A stretch of DNA of 64,000 nt from Bacillota bacterium (GCA_012521185.1 JAAYMV010000074.1:24919-88918); one strand, 5' to 3'. Shown: positions 8,830-18,620, numbered from the stretch's first letter. The notes: generated from the sequence alone by a model not told the origin. Numbers and translations are program-made.

Positions 8830-9531
8830 ATGGTTTTACCAATAGCTGGGGCAGTAGCCAATTGTCTTTTTCAAGGAATCGGGATTCTAGTCTCCTATAT
8901 TTCAAACAGTAATATTTTTCCCCAACCACTGACACCAGAAGAAGAAAGTGAGCTATTAGTCCAGATGGCTAATGGCAGTGAAGAGGCAAGGAATATTTTA
9001 ATTGAACGGAACTTAAGATTAGTTGCCCATGTGGTAAAAAAGTTTGATAAAAAAGGTGAAGATTTAGAGGATTTGATTTCTATTGGAACGATTGGTTTAA
9101 TTAAGTCGATCAATACTTTTAATCCAGAAAAGAATACACGATTAGCCACTTATGCAGCCCGTTGTATTGAAAATGAAGTGTTAATGCATTTACGTTCGAC
9201 TAAAAAATTGAGAAAAGAAGTTATGCTGCATGATCCAATCGGTTCAGATAAAGAAGGTAATACAATTAGTTTAATAGATATCTTTGGTACTGATGCTGAC
9301 TATGTTTTTGAACAAGTTGAGTTGAAAGTTGATCAAGCCCAATTGCAGGAAAAACTAAAAAATCTTTCCCAACGGGAAAAAAAGGTTATTGAATTACGTT
9401 ATGGTTTAGGCAATAACGAACGTAAAACCCAGCGAGAAATAAGTAAGGCTATGGGCATCTCTCGTTCATATGTGTCCCGCATTGAAAAGCGTGCTTTAAC
9501 TAAATTACAAAAGCAAATGTGTTTAGAATGA
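8830..9531 (+). CDS. sigK: RNA polymerase sporulation sigma factor pro-sigma-K (uninterrupted)
   Basis: Pro-sequence and [60 protein letters not shown]. Near-collinear with B. subtilis SigK as I recall it. Confidence 0.85.
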   Translation: MVLPIAGAVANCLFQGIGILVSYISNSNIFPQPLTPEEESELLVQMANGSEEARNILIERNLRLVAHVVKKFDKKGEDLEDLISIGTIGLIKSINTFNPEKNTRLATYAARCIENEVLMHLRSTKKLRKEVMLHDPIGSDKEGNTISLIDIFGTDADYVFEQVELKVDQAQLQEKLKNLSQREKKVIELRYGLGNNERKTQREISKAMGISRSYVSRIEKRALTKLQKQMCLE

Positions 9532-9532
9532 A

Positions 9533-9560
9533 AGAGGATTTTATCCTCTTTTATTTATTT
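9533..9560 (+). terminator. Rho-independent terminator (AGAGGAT tttt ATCCTCT + T-run)
   Basis: Read directly from the sequence. Confidence 0.7.
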
Positions 9561-9612
9561 CATCCTTTGGTTTGTGTTATAATAAGGAAAACATTTTTAT
9601 AAGGAGTATTTT

Positions 9613-10140
9613 ATGCGTATTTTATGTCCAGATCAGTTTTTGCAGAACGTAACTGATATCAATTTAGCTGAATTAAAGGCTCGAGGAATAAAAGGTTTAT
9701 TACTTGATCTTGATAATACCTTGGTAGGCTGGGATAGTGATATTTTAGCAGAGGAGCTAAGCAATTGGTTAGCAGATGCCCAAACCCAAGGGTTTAAACT
9801 TTGTTTAGTCTCTAACGGTGTGCGAAAACGGGTTAAGTATTTTGCTGATTTAATGGGTATACCTGCGATTGTCCCCGCTTTAAAACCACGTCGTGCGGCT
9901 TTTCGTAAGGCCTTAAATAAGTTACAATTATCGGCAAAAGAAGTTGCCATGATTGGCGATCAGCTTTTCACCGATGTGCTTGGCGGCAATCGGTTAGGTA
10001 TATATACTATTTTAATAAGGCCAATAAGTAAACAGGAATTAAGAAGTACGAAATTAGTGCGTAAACTGGAAAAAAGAGTGTTAAAACGACTTATTGATCA
10101 AGGATGTATTACTTACAAGGATAGTGATGGAGGTAAATAA
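9613..10140 (+). CDS. yqeG: YqeG-family HAD-IIIA phosphatase
   Basis: LLLDLDNTLV HAD motif I, followed by ...IGDQLFTDV. Synteny with the yqeH gene that follows. Confidence 0.8.
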   Translation: MRILCPDQFLQNVTDINLAELKARGIKGLLLDLDNTLVGWDSDILAEELSNWLADAQTQGFKLCLVSNGVRKRVKYFADLMGIPAIVPALKPRRAAFRKALNKLQLSAKEVAMIGDQLFTDVLGGNRLGIYTILIRPISKQELRSTKLVRKLEKRVLKRLIDQGCITYKDSDGGK

Positions 10141-11231
10141 TGGAGAAACAAAGACAATGTCGAGGTTGCGGTTCGATACTTCAGTCACAAGATCCACAAC
10201 AGGTAGGATATTTGCCAGAGCATTTATTAGCTGATGCTGGAGCAGATAAAGATTTAATTTGTCAGCGCTGCTATAAACTGATTCATTATGGTCAAGTAGA
10301 GAAGAAGTCAGAGGCGCCTGATCCTAATCGGGTAATTGCTGCTGGGCTACAATGGGCTGAGGGTTTATTAATTGTTGTTGATTTAATGGATTTTGAAGCC
10401 AGCATTCCACTAGGTTTAAGGCAGTTTAGCAAAGGAAAAAAGACTTTGGTCGTTGTTAACAAAATTGATTTATTGCCGTCCCGCACCAAAGTGAGCGAGG
10501 CACAAGCTTGGGTTGCTAAGCAATTAGCGAAATATGGAATAGCTGGTGAGATTGTAATGGTTAGTGCCAATAGCGGTCAAGGAATTATAGAATTGCAAGA
10601 AACGCTTTTTGGCTTGCCGCAAAAGAAGTGGTTGGTAATTGGTGCTACAAGTGTCGGTAAATCGACTTTAATTAGTAGAATTCTAAAACGGGAAAACTTA
10701 GTTGGTAAAGGTTCACCTACAGTAGCTCGTTTTCCAGGCACTACTGTTGAACGAGTGCAATGGGAGCTGAAATATGGGGTTATTGTAAGTGATACTCCTG
10801 GCTTTGTACCCGAGGGTCGCTTGCTTGATCAGCTTTGCATAAAGTGTTCTCAAAAGCTAACCCCAGCAAAAGAGATTAATGTTAAGGTTTATAATTTAAA
10901 TGCTGAGAGTGGCTTAGTTGTACCTGGCTTAGTAGCATTTCGGCCAATTACCGCGATAGAGGAGATGGTGATTGGATTTACTGCTTCTGATGTAAGTTGG
11001 CAGAGAACTAAAGTTAATAAATTTTCTTCTTGGTTAGCAAAAGGCTGTAAGCATTGTGCGATAAAAGATTGGAAAACTATTGAGCTAGACATACCACAAA
11101 ATCATGACTTAGTAATCCATGGATTAGGCTGGGTATCTGCTCGTCGGCGCAATTTAAAATGCGAAGTCACTATTCCCGCTTCAGTAAATTATTCAATTAG
11201 AGAAAATTTGATTGGGGTAAAAAATTATTAA
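10140..11231 (+). CDS. yqeH: Ribosome biogenesis GTPase YqeH (circularly permuted GTPase with N-terminal zinc finger)
   Basis: CRGCG...CQRCY zinc finger, NKIDLL (G4) preceding GATSVGKST (G1). Confidence 0.85.
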   Translation: MEKQRQCRGCGSILQSQDPQQVGYLPEHLLADAGADKDLICQRCYKLIHYGQVEKKSEAPDPNRVIAAGLQWAEGLLIVVDLMDFEASIPLGLRQFSKGKKTLVVVNKIDLLPSRTKVSEAQAWVAKQLAKYGIAGEIVMVSANSGQGIIELQETLFGLPQKKWLVIGATSVGKSTLISRILKRENLVGKGSPTVARFPGTTVERVQWELKYGVIVSDTPGFVPEGRLLDQLCIKCSQKLTPAKEINVKVYNLNAESGLVVPGLVAFRPITAIEEMVIGFTASDVSWQRTKVNKFSSWLAKGCKHCAIKDWKTIELDIPQNHDLVIHGLGWVSARRRNLKCEVTIPASVNYSIRENLIGVKNY

Positions 11232-11295
11232 TTTGGAATAGTTTACTGCTCTCCTGTCTATACTGAATACTAACAAGGGACAAAGGAGAGAAACC

Positions 11296-11514
11296 ATGGA
11301 GGCTTACGTTTATTATACCCATTTAGCCTATTCTAGTGCTGAGCAAGTTTTAGAAACTTTGCGAGGGACAGTAAAGGAGTTAAAAGCTAGTCGCCCAGAA
11401 CTGGCAAGTTGTGAGTTGGCAGACGTGGGAATGACAAATGGCAAACATGGCATTGATATTGCATTATATTTTAAAGAAAGTACTAATAAGCAAAAGAGAA
11501 ACAACTCCATTTAG
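11296..11514 (+). CDS. Hypothetical 72-aa protein
   Basis: Good RBS (AAAGGAGAG, 6-nt spacer) before the ATG. No recognisable motif. Confidence 0.4.
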   Translation: MEAYVYYTHLAYSSAEQVLETLRGTVKELKASRPELASCELADVGMTNGKHGIDIALYFKESTNKQKRNNSI

Positions 11515-11612
11515 CAGGGGAGTTGTTTTATTTTATTGACAGTAAATAATTAGCAGGATTTTCCATAGGAAAGCGAGAAATCATTGCTGCAATGAGATTT
11601 AAAGGAGCTAAG

Positions 11613-12149
11613 ATGTTGCAGGATAGAAATATCATTTTAATTGGTTTTATGGGAACTGGTAAGACTACAATTGGAGAACAACTTGCTAAAAGGCTGAGTT
11701 TAGCTTTCATTGACACTGATGAGAAAATTTGTTCGATCAGTGGCTTAACCATTCCCGAGATATTTCAGCAAAAAGGAGAAAAATATTTTCGCCAGTTAGA
11801 AAGCCAAGTGTTAACAGATGTTTTGGCGCAAGCTAGTCAAGTAGTTTCCACTGGAGGAGGAATTGTTATCCAGGAAGTTAATCGTCAACTACTTAATGCT
11901 CGGCGCCAAAAAGGTGATTTAGTGATCTGGCTGACTGCATCTGAAGAAACCTTATGGCAGCGATTAAAACTGGATAGTAATCGACCTTTATTAAAGGCTG
12001 CAAATCCACGCGAAGAAATTGCCAGCTTATTAAGGCAGCGGGAGGATTTATATCGCTCAGTAGCAGATTATACAATTTCTACATCTGAGCGAGAACCAGC
12101 AGCTGTAGTAACCGAAATTATTGATATATATTTCAAGGGAGGTTTTTAA
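11613..12149 (+). CDS. aroK: Shikimate kinase
   Basis: P-loop GFMGTGKTT at the N-terminus. RBS AAGGAG 5 nt before ATG 11613. Confidence 0.85.
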   Translation: MLQDRNIILIGFMGTGKTTIGEQLAKRLSLAFIDTDEKICSISGLTIPEIFQQKGEKYFRQLESQVLTDVLAQASQVVSTGGGIVIQEVNRQLLNARRQKGDLVIWLTASEETLWQRLKLDSNRPLLKAANPREEIASLLRQREDLYRSVADYTISTSEREPAAVVTEIIDIYFKGGF

Positions 12150-12590
12150 GTGACAGAAATCTTATTAGTTAATGGTCCCAATCTTAATTTATTAGGAGTA
12201 CGCGAACCAGAAATATATGGTAGTGTTACTTTAGAAGATATTGAGAAACAGGTTACTTTAGCTGCTGCAAAACAGGGCTTCTCCTTAAAAACCTTTCAGT
12301 CTAATTCAGAGGGAAAGATTATTGATTTTTTGCAAGAAAATGCTGACGCTGAAGGACTGATTATTAATCCAGGAGCATACACCCACTATTCTTATGCCAT
12401 ACGAGATTGTATTGCTGGTTTAAGGATCCCAGCTGTAGAAGTCCATCTGTCACAGATTTATAGTCGAGAAGAATTTCGGCAAAGATCAGTTATTGCACCG
12501 GTTTGTATCGGTCAAATTAGCGGGTTTGGTGACTTTAGTTATTTGTTAGGCTTACAAGCATTAATTGATTATTTTACTAGGAGGAACTAA
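12150..12590 (+). CDS. aroQ: Type II 3-dehydroquinate dehydratase
   Basis: [21 protein letters not shown], and the motif HLSQIYSRE. Confidence 0.9.
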   Translation: MTEILLVNGPNLNLLGVREPEIYGSVTLEDIEKQVTLAAAKQGFSLKTFQSNSEGKIIDFLQENADAEGLIINPGAYTHYSYAIRDCIAGLRIPAVEVHLSQIYSREEFRQRSVIAPVCIGQISGFGDFSYLLGLQALIDYFTRRN

Positions 12591-12591
12591 T

Positions 12592-13647
12592 TTGTTAGAA
12601 CAAATCAGGCAGAAATTGTCCGAACTTAATTGCCAGGCATTTGTTTCAACTAATAGAATTAGTAGACGATATTTAACTAAGTTTACTGGTTCTGCTGGCT
12701 TGGTTTGGATTGATCAGATTAATCAAATTTTAATTACCGATTTTCGGTATACTGAACAGGCCACAGAGCAGGCTGTTGGCTGGCAAGTGCTTGAGGATAA
12801 CAATTTCCTTGATCGGGTAGCAGCTTTAATTAAAGAACATAATATTACTCGGCTTGCTTTTGAAAGTGAATTTATTACAGTAGCCGAATACCAGACTTGG
12901 CAATCTAAGCTAGGTGTTGATTTGGTATCTACAGAGAACTTTATTTTGGATTTCCGGATGGTAAAAACACCTGAAGAAATTCAATTTATTAGTCAAGCTG
13001 CTAAGATTGCTGATCAGGCTTTTGCGAAACTTTTACCACTTATCAAACCAGGAGTACAGGAAATTGAAATTGCTTTGGAATTAGAATATCAGATGAAAAA
13101 GTTAGGTGCTGCTGGCTTGGCTTTTGATTCAATTGTTGCTGGTGGACCGCGAGGAGCATTGCCACATGCTGTTCCAGGTAATCGGCCATTCCAGGTGGGA
13201 GACTTTGTAGTTATGGATTTTGGCTGTAATTATCAAGGGTATTGTTCAGATATGACTCGTACAGTAGTAATTGGTGAGCCAACCGACAAGCATTTAGAGA
13301 TTTATAATTTAGTACTTAAAGCACAATTAGCTGGTTTGGCGGCTGTTCAGCCAGGGCGTACTGGTCAAGAAGTTGATCAAGTAGCTCGCGATATAATTGC
13401 TGAAGCCGGTTATGGTGACAATTTTGGTCATAGCTTAGGTCATGGAGTTGGCTTAGAAATTCATGAAGAACCGCGATTATCAAAAACTGGTAATATTGTA
13501 CTTCAACCAGGTATGGTTGTAACAGTTGAGCCAGGTGTTTATTTATCAGGTTGGGGTGGAGTTCGGATTGAGGATTTGGTAGTGGTAACTGAGACAGGCT
13601 GTCAAATTTTATCCCAGACCTCAAAGGAACTACATATTATCGAATAA
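12592..13647 (+). CDS. M24-family Xaa-Pro aminopeptidase (YqhT/PepP-like)
   Basis: Metal-binding motifs DFGCNYQGYCSDMTRT and HSLGHGVGLEIHEEP. The TTG start follows AGGAGG. The position between aroQ and efp matches B. subtilis yqhT. Confidence 0.8.
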   Translation: MLEQIRQKLSELNCQAFVSTNRISRRYLTKFTGSAGLVWIDQINQILITDFRYTEQATEQAVGWQVLEDNNFLDRVAALIKEHNITRLAFESEFITVAEYQTWQSKLGVDLVSTENFILDFRMVKTPEEIQFISQAAKIADQAFAKLLPLIKPGVQEIEIALELEYQMKKLGAAGLAFDSIVAGGPRGALPHAVPGNRPFQVGDFVVMDFGCNYQGYCSDMTRTVVIGEPTDKHLEIYNLVLKAQLAGLAAVQPGRTGQEVDQVARDIIAEAGYGDNFGHSLGHGVGLEIHEEPRLSKTGNIVLQPGMVVTVEPGVYLSGWGGVRIEDLVVVTETGCQILSQTSKELHIIE

Positions 13648-13680
13648 TTTGAGATGACATTTAAGAAGGAGAGAATTTAG

Positions 13681-14238
13681 ATGATTTCAGTAAATGATTT
13701 ACGGACTGGTTTAACAATTCAATTAGATGGGGAGGTTTATAGTGTAGTAGAGTTTTTACACGTTAAACCTGGAAAAGGTGCAGCTTTTGTTCGTACTAAG
13801 TTAAGAAATGTAATTTCTGGCGGCGTTGTTGAGAAGACTTTTAGAGCTGGCGAACGAGTAGAGCGAGCTCATATTGAGACAAGACAAATGCAGTATTTAT
13901 ATAAGTCTGGTGATGAATATTTCTTCATGGATAATCAGTCATATGATCAAATTAGTTTAACTGAAGCTGATTTGGGTGAAGCTCCTAAATATCTTTTGGA
14001 AAATATGACTATCGGTATTCAATTTTTCCAAGGCAAACCTATTGGTGTTGATTTACCGACAACTGTTAATCTAAAAGTAATCGAAACTGAGCCAGGCTTT
14101 AAAGGTGATACAGCTACTGGTGCTACTAAGCCAGCAAAATTGGAAACTGGAATTACGATTAACGTTCCGCTTTTTATTGAGCAGGATGAAGTTGTGAAGG
14201 TAGACACACGTACTGGAGAATATCTGTCTCGTGCATAA
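13681..14238 (+). CDS. efp: Translation elongation factor P
   Basis: MISVNDLRTGLTIQLDGEVY...KPGKGAAFVRTKLRN. Length 185 aa. Confidence 0.95.
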   Translation: MISVNDLRTGLTIQLDGEVYSVVEFLHVKPGKGAAFVRTKLRNVISGGVVEKTFRAGERVERAHIETRQMQYLYKSGDEYFFMDNQSYDQISLTEADLGEAPKYLLENMTIGIQFFQGKPIGVDLPTTVNLKVIETEPGFKGDTATGATKPAKLETGITINVPLFIEQDEVVKVDTRTGEYLSRA

Positions 14239-14266
14239 GGAAATACTATATTAGAATCTATAGGGG

Positions 14267-14695
14267 GTGTATGTTGTGGAAACAGTGAAAGAGAAAATAG
14301 CTTATTTACGAGGTATGGTCGATAGCACAGAGTCTTTTAAAGAAGAACAAATCAGATTAGTTTTTCAACGTATGCTAGAAGTGTTAGACGAGCTAGCTGA
14401 TGATGTTGATGAGCTTTACTTTGGACAAGAAGAATTAGACGATTATATTGAAGCATTAGACCATGATTTGGCTGAGTTAGAAGACACTCTTGATGATGAT
14501 TGTTGTGGTGATCATGATCATGATGATGAAATGGTAGAGATGGAATGTCCAAACTGTCAAGAAATGGTTTGTTTTGAAGAAGATTTCTTATACGATGACG
14601 ATGTTGAAATAACTTGTCCCGAGTGTGGAGAAACACTATATACTAGTGGAGATTTAGATGATTTAGTTGATGACGACGGTGAAGATGTGGAATAA
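14267..14695 (+). CDS. Highly acidic zinc-ribbon protein (hypothetical)
   Basis: CPNCQ...(17 aa)...CPECG zinc ribbon, embedded in long D/E tracts (DDDCCGDHDHDDE, DLDDLVDDDGEDVE). GGGGG RBS. Possible start at GTG 14267 or 14276. Confidence 0.6.
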   Translation: MYVVETVKEKIAYLRGMVDSTESFKEEQIRLVFQRMLEVLDELADDVDELYFGQEELDDYIEALDHDLAELEDTLDDDCCGDHDHDDEMVEMECPNCQEMVCFEEDFLYDDDVEITCPECGETLYTSGDLDDLVDDDGEDVE

Positions 14696-14715
14696 GTAGC
14701 TATGACTATGACTGA

Positions 14716-14743
14716 GGAGTGTTGCGAAACACTCCTTTTTTTT
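14716..14743 (+). terminator. Rho-independent terminator (GGAGTGTT gcga AACACTCC + T8)
   Basis: Read directly from the sequence. Confidence 0.75.
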
Positions 14744-14744
14744 G

Positions 14745-14773
14745 TCATAACTTGTCCGCTTTTGGCATATAGT
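14745..14773 (+). promoter_or_regulatory. Candidate sigma-E-type promoter for the spoIIIA operon (TCATAAC-14-CATATAGT)
   Basis: The sigma-E consensus is kmATAtt-(13-15)-CATAcAaT. B. subtilis spoIIIA is sigma-E dependent. Confidence 0.4.
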
Positions 14774-14800
14774 GGAGTAAAAGGTTTAAGGGTGAGCTGA

Positions 14801-15697
14801 ATGGTAAAATCAGTTCTAAAAGAAGTGGCACCCAGACTTAGAGAGGTTCTTGCCGCCATTGATAACTGGGAGCAGGTGGAAGAAATTCGCTTACGACTTA
14901 ATCGGCCTTTGGTTATTAAGGGTCGCTTTGGTGAGTACGGGATTAATTATTTTATGCAAAAATGTCAGGTGATTGATAGTTACATTGTAACTAATGAGGA
15001 TATTTCTCGTACGATTCAAATTATGAGTAAGAATTCTTGGTATGCACTAGAGGAAGAGGTTAGGAGTGGTTATTTAACTTTAGAAAATGGTCATAGGGTG
15101 GGTATAGTCGGTAAAGTGATCCTAGAGCAAGGGAGAATTAAGAATATCAAGCATGTTAGCGGTTTAAATATTCGGTTAGCAAGAGAAATTCGTGGTAGTG
15201 CCAATCAAATCATGCGGCAGCTTTTTTTGCAGGGTGAATTATTATCAACGTTAATAATTTCACCACCCGGGTGTGGAAAAACCACTTTGCTAAGAGATAT
15301 TGCTCGTCAGCTTTCTAATCAAGGTTTTAATGTAGTTATTATTGACGAGCGTTCTGAGATTGCAGCTTGCTACCATGGTTGTCCTCAATTGGATGTAGGC
15401 TTGAGGACTGATGTTTTAGATGGCTGTCCTAAAGCAGAAGGAATTACGATGGCTTTGCGAGGGATGTCTCCTCAGCTGATTATTACTGATGAAATTGGTC
15501 ATCCGGCCGATGGATTAGCTTTAGCTGAGGCAATGAAGTCTGGTGTAAAAGTAATTTCATCTTGTCATGGGGATTCTTTAGCTGATGTTCGTCAACGACA
15601 ATGGGTTAAAGAATGCAGCAGTCTTTTTCAACAAGCAATAGTTTTATCAAGGCGAAATGGGCCGGGAACCATTGAGCAGGTTCTGAAATGGAAATAA
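14801..15697 (+). CDS. spoIIIAA: Stage III sporulation protein AA (ATPase)
   Basis: Walker A ISPPGCGKTT, and operon context. Confidence 0.9.
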   Translation: MVKSVLKEVAPRLREVLAAIDNWEQVEEIRLRLNRPLVIKGRFGEYGINYFMQKCQVIDSYIVTNEDISRTIQIMSKNSWYALEEEVRSGYLTLENGHRVGIVGKVILEQGRIKNIKHVSGLNIRLAREIRGSANQIMRQLFLQGELLSTLIISPPGCGKTTLLRDIARQLSNQGFNVVIIDERSEIAACYHGCPQLDVGLRTDVLDGCPKAEGITMALRGMSPQLIITDEIGHPADGLALAEAMKSGVKVISSCHGDSLADVRQRQWVKECSSLFQQAIVLSRRNGPGTIEQVLKWK

Positions 15698-15739
15698 AAT
15701 GCATAAACTTTAACCTAGGACAGGAGTGAGAATTAGTCA

Positions 15740-16255
15740 ATGCTACGGTTATTAGGAGCATTTATGATTATTTGTAGCAGTGGGTTGATTGGTCTGATTA
15801 TGGCAAATACCTATATGACTAGACCGCTAAATCTTTATCATTTACAGCTGGCTATTCAGCTCTTGGAAACAGAAATTAACTATGCTCGTTCCTCCTTGCC
15901 TGAAGCTTGTTCAAGAATTGCTGAGCAAATTAAACAACCAGTAGCTAGTTTTTTTGGTGAATTTGCGGCCAACTTGCAAAGCTTAGAGAGTCCTACTGTG
16001 ATTGAGGCTTGGAATAGAGCCTTACAAATATTAAAAGAAGCTGGTTTTCTGAAAGAAGATCTAGAAATCATGGCTCAATTAGGTAATGTCTTAGGCCAAA
16101 GTGATGCGGATGACCAAATTAAGCACTTATCCTTGTTACAAAACAGGTTAGCTTCAGCCATTAAACAAGCTGAACAAGAACGGGATAAAAATGTTCGCCT
16201 ATGGAATTATCTAGGTTTCTGCGTAGGTGCTTTAGTAGTTTTATTGCTGTTTTAA
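15740..16255 (+). CDS. spoIIIAB: Stage III sporulation protein AB
   Basis: Size and position, with TM segments at both the N- and C-termini. Confidence 0.85.
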   Translation: MLRLLGAFMIICSSGLIGLIMANTYMTRPLNLYHLQLAIQLLETEINYARSSLPEACSRIAEQIKQPVASFFGEFAANLQSLESPTVIEAWNRALQILKEAGFLKEDLEIMAQLGNVLGQSDADDQIKHLSLLQNRLASAIKQAEQERDKNVRLWNYLGFCVGALVVLLLF

Positions 16256-16270
16256 AAGGAGGCGTGACGA

Positions 16271-16468
16271 ATGACTGATTTAACTCCCATCTATAAGATA
16301 GCAGGTTTAGGCATCTTGGTAGCAGTTTTAAATATCTTTTTAGTCCAAGCAGAGCGTAAAGAACAAGCGCAAATGTTAAGTCTAGCTGGAGTGGTAATTG
16401 TCTTGCTATGGTTGGTACAAATGGTCTCCCAATTATTTGAAAATGTGGAAGCCGTTTTTCGGTGGTAA
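16271..16468 (+). CDS. spoIIIAC: Stage III sporulation protein AC
   Basis: 65-aa two-TM protein at the expected position. Confidence 0.85.
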   Translation: MTDLTPIYKIAGLGILVAVLNIFLVQAERKEQAQMLSLAGVVIVLLWLVQMVSQLFENVEAVFRW

Positions 16469-16482
16469 AAGGAGAGCTGAAG

Positions 16483-16872
16483 ATGTTATGGGTTCCCTTG
16501 GTTTCAGGGTTAGCCATAGTGCTGACAATAATCTTATCCCAGCTCCGTTCCTTAGATCAATCATGGGCAATTATCTTATCAACAGTATTTGCGGTAATTG
16601 TTTTGTTAAGTCTAATACCACAGGTCGGTCAGTTGATGGAATTATTTCATGGTATTGCCAATGAGGCTAAAGTAGGGACCATGTACTTAAGTCCAGTTTT
16701 AAAGACTGTGGCAGTCGCATATATTACTTCATTTGGTTCACAAATATGTAAAGATGCAGAAGAAAAAACTATAGCCCATATTGTGGAACTAGCTGGCAAA
16801 GTTGTAATATGTATTATTGCTCTTCCAGTAATTCAAGCTATCTTGTATTCTTTGTTTGGTCTGATCAGTTGA
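16483..16872 (+). CDS. spoIIIAD: Stage III sporulation protein AD
   Basis: About 129-aa membrane protein. AAGGAG RBS before ATG 16483. Confidence 0.8.
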   Translation: MLWVPLVSGLAIVLTIILSQLRSLDQSWAIILSTVFAVIVLLSLIPQVGQLMELFHGIANEAKVGTMYLSPVLKTVAVAYITSFGSQICKDAEEKTIAHIVELAGKVVICIIALPVIQAILYSLFGLIS

Positions 16873-16886
16873 AGATTGGTGGGATT

Positions 16887-18068
16887 ATGGCTATGGTGGC
16901 AAGTAGATGGCTGGTTCTGGGATTAGTCTTGTTCGTGGTTTTTTTTAGTCCAGGGCTTGTTCAGGCAGAAGTAGATGAAACCATTTTTGTAGATTCTATT
17001 AAAGAACAGCTGGAAGTGTTAGAGTTAGAAGAATTAACCCGGTATGTAGAGGTTATTGATCCAGATTATCGTGAGTATTTGCCATCTTTAGATTGGCGTC
17101 AGATTGTTAGCGAGGAAGCATTTCAGATAGATATTGGTCAAATTCTGAAATTGATGCTAGGGACTTTATTTAAGGAGATTATTTTAAGTGGCTATTTATT
17201 AAAACAATTAATCGTGGTAGCTATTCTTACGGCCTTTTTGCACCAACTACAAGCTAGTTTAGGAAATGATAGTCTTGTAAATCTGGCCTTTGCTGTCAGC
17301 TTTTTTGTAATAGTATTTATTGGTCTTCAGAGTTTTCGTACTGCATTAAACTTGGCCTATCATAGTTTAAATGATCTGGCGACATTGATGTATGCGATTC
17401 TTCCGCTAATGTCCTCATTGATGGCAGCAGTAGGGGGCATAACTTCAGCTGCTCTTTTTCATCCAGTGCTGCTTTCTGTAGTTACGGCTATTGTATCTTT
17501 ATCGAAGACGATTTTGTTTCCATTATTAAACATTAATGCTTTGGTTGGCATTATGGCTCATTTTTCCAAGGAGTTTCCCTTAGAACGTTTCGCTAACTTA
17601 TTGCGCCAAGTTTGTATTATGTTATTATCCTTCTTCTTTACTGTTTTTTTGGGTATTTTAGCAGTGCGGGGCGCTATTACACCTGTTACTGATGGAGTTG
17701 CGTTAAGGACAGCTAAATTTTTGACTAGTAGTTTTGTGCCAGTAATCGGATCAATGTTTGCAAATGCCGTAGAGGTGGTAGTTGGCGGTTCATTGCTAAT
17801 TAAGAATACCGTGGGAATTTTTGGGCTAATGTTAGTTTTCTTTATGGTTGCTTTACCATCTTTAAAGATCTGGGCTATCATTTTTATTTATAAAGTGACA
17901 GGAGCGCTCTTAGAGCCAATCTGTGATTCACGAATCATTAAAACGATTGCTAGCTTGGAGTCGTCACTAACATTAATTTTTATTTCTTTAGCAACAGTAG
18001 GTTTAATGTTTTTCATAGTGATTACCATTTTAATTGGCTTTAGCAATTTTACAGCTTTAATGAGGTGA
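16887..18068 (+). CDS. spoIIIAE: Stage III sporulation protein AE
   Basis: Signal peptide plus a polytopic membrane protein of about 393 aa, at the expected position. Confidence 0.85.
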   Translation: MAMVASRWLVLGLVLFVVFFSPGLVQAEVDETIFVDSIKEQLEVLELEELTRYVEVIDPDYREYLPSLDWRQIVSEEAFQIDIGQILKLMLGTLFKEIILSGYLLKQLIVVAILTAFLHQLQASLGNDSLVNLAFAVSFFVIVFIGLQSFRTALNLAYHSLNDLATLMYAILPLMSSLMAAVGGITSAALFHPVLLSVVTAIVSLSKTILFPLLNINALVGIMAHFSKEFPLERFANLLRQVCIMLLSFFFTVFLGILAVRGAITPVTDGVALRTAKFLTSSFVPVIGSMFANAVEVVVGGSLLIKNTVGIFGLMLVFFMVALPSLKIWAIIFIYKVTGALLEPICDSRIIKTIASLESSLTLIFISLATVGLMFFIVITILIGFSNFTALMR

Positions 18069-18072
18069 TTCC

Positions 18073-18603
18073 ATGGCAACATGGCAGGAATGGCTTCGCT
18101 TATTGATTACTTTGGTAATTATCATCGGTTTTTTCGATATGCTTTTACCAGCAAATGATTTGAAGAAGTTAGCCAAATTAGTTGCTGGCTTGGTATTAAT
18201 GTTGGCAGTGTTACAACCGGTTTTAGCGATCGTTAATTTAAATTGGGTTTCTAGTTTGCAACATGATATGGAATCAGTAGTTCAAAGTAATAGTTTCCAA
18301 AGTTGGGAAGATAAAGCCCAACAAATTAGTGAAGCCGGTTTAAGACCGGTATTGCGTACAATAGAAAATAATGCGGAAACCCAATTAGAAAATTATTTAA
18401 AAAATAGTTTTCAGTTGCCGGAAGCAACAGTAAGAATAACGTTAGCAGCTGATGGAACTATTCGCTGGGTCAGGATTAATGCTTACATTGCTGATCAGAT
18501 TGTGTTAGCTGAAGAGAGACAACAGTTGTTAACTAAACTAAGGCAAGCAGTAGCAGATTATTTGCAAGTTTCTGCATCAATAGTTCAGATTACACTAAAC
18601 TAA
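18073..18603 (+). CDS. spoIIIAF: Stage III sporulation protein AF
   Basis: Two N-terminal TM segments, correct size and position. Confidence 0.8.
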   Translation: MATWQEWLRLLITLVIIIGFFDMLLPANDLKKLAKLVAGLVLMLAVLQPVLAIVNLNWVSSLQHDMESVVQSNSFQSWEDKAQQISEAGLRPVLRTIENNAETQLENYLKNSFQLPEATVRITLAADGTIRWVRINAYIADQIVLAEERQQLLTKLRQAVADYLQVSASIVQITLN

Positions 18604-18620
18604 TTAGGGGGAAATGGACT

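Noticed and set aside
8830-9531. Possibility that sigK is split by a skin-type prophage-like element
   Set aside because: The ORF is continuous, from the pro-sequence through region 4.2.
14557-14859. 100-aa Ser-rich minus-strand ORF
   Set aside because: It is antisense to the Asp/Glu-rich zinc-ribbon gene. GAx/GAT repeats read as Ser/Ile on the opposite strand, which is a compositional artefact.
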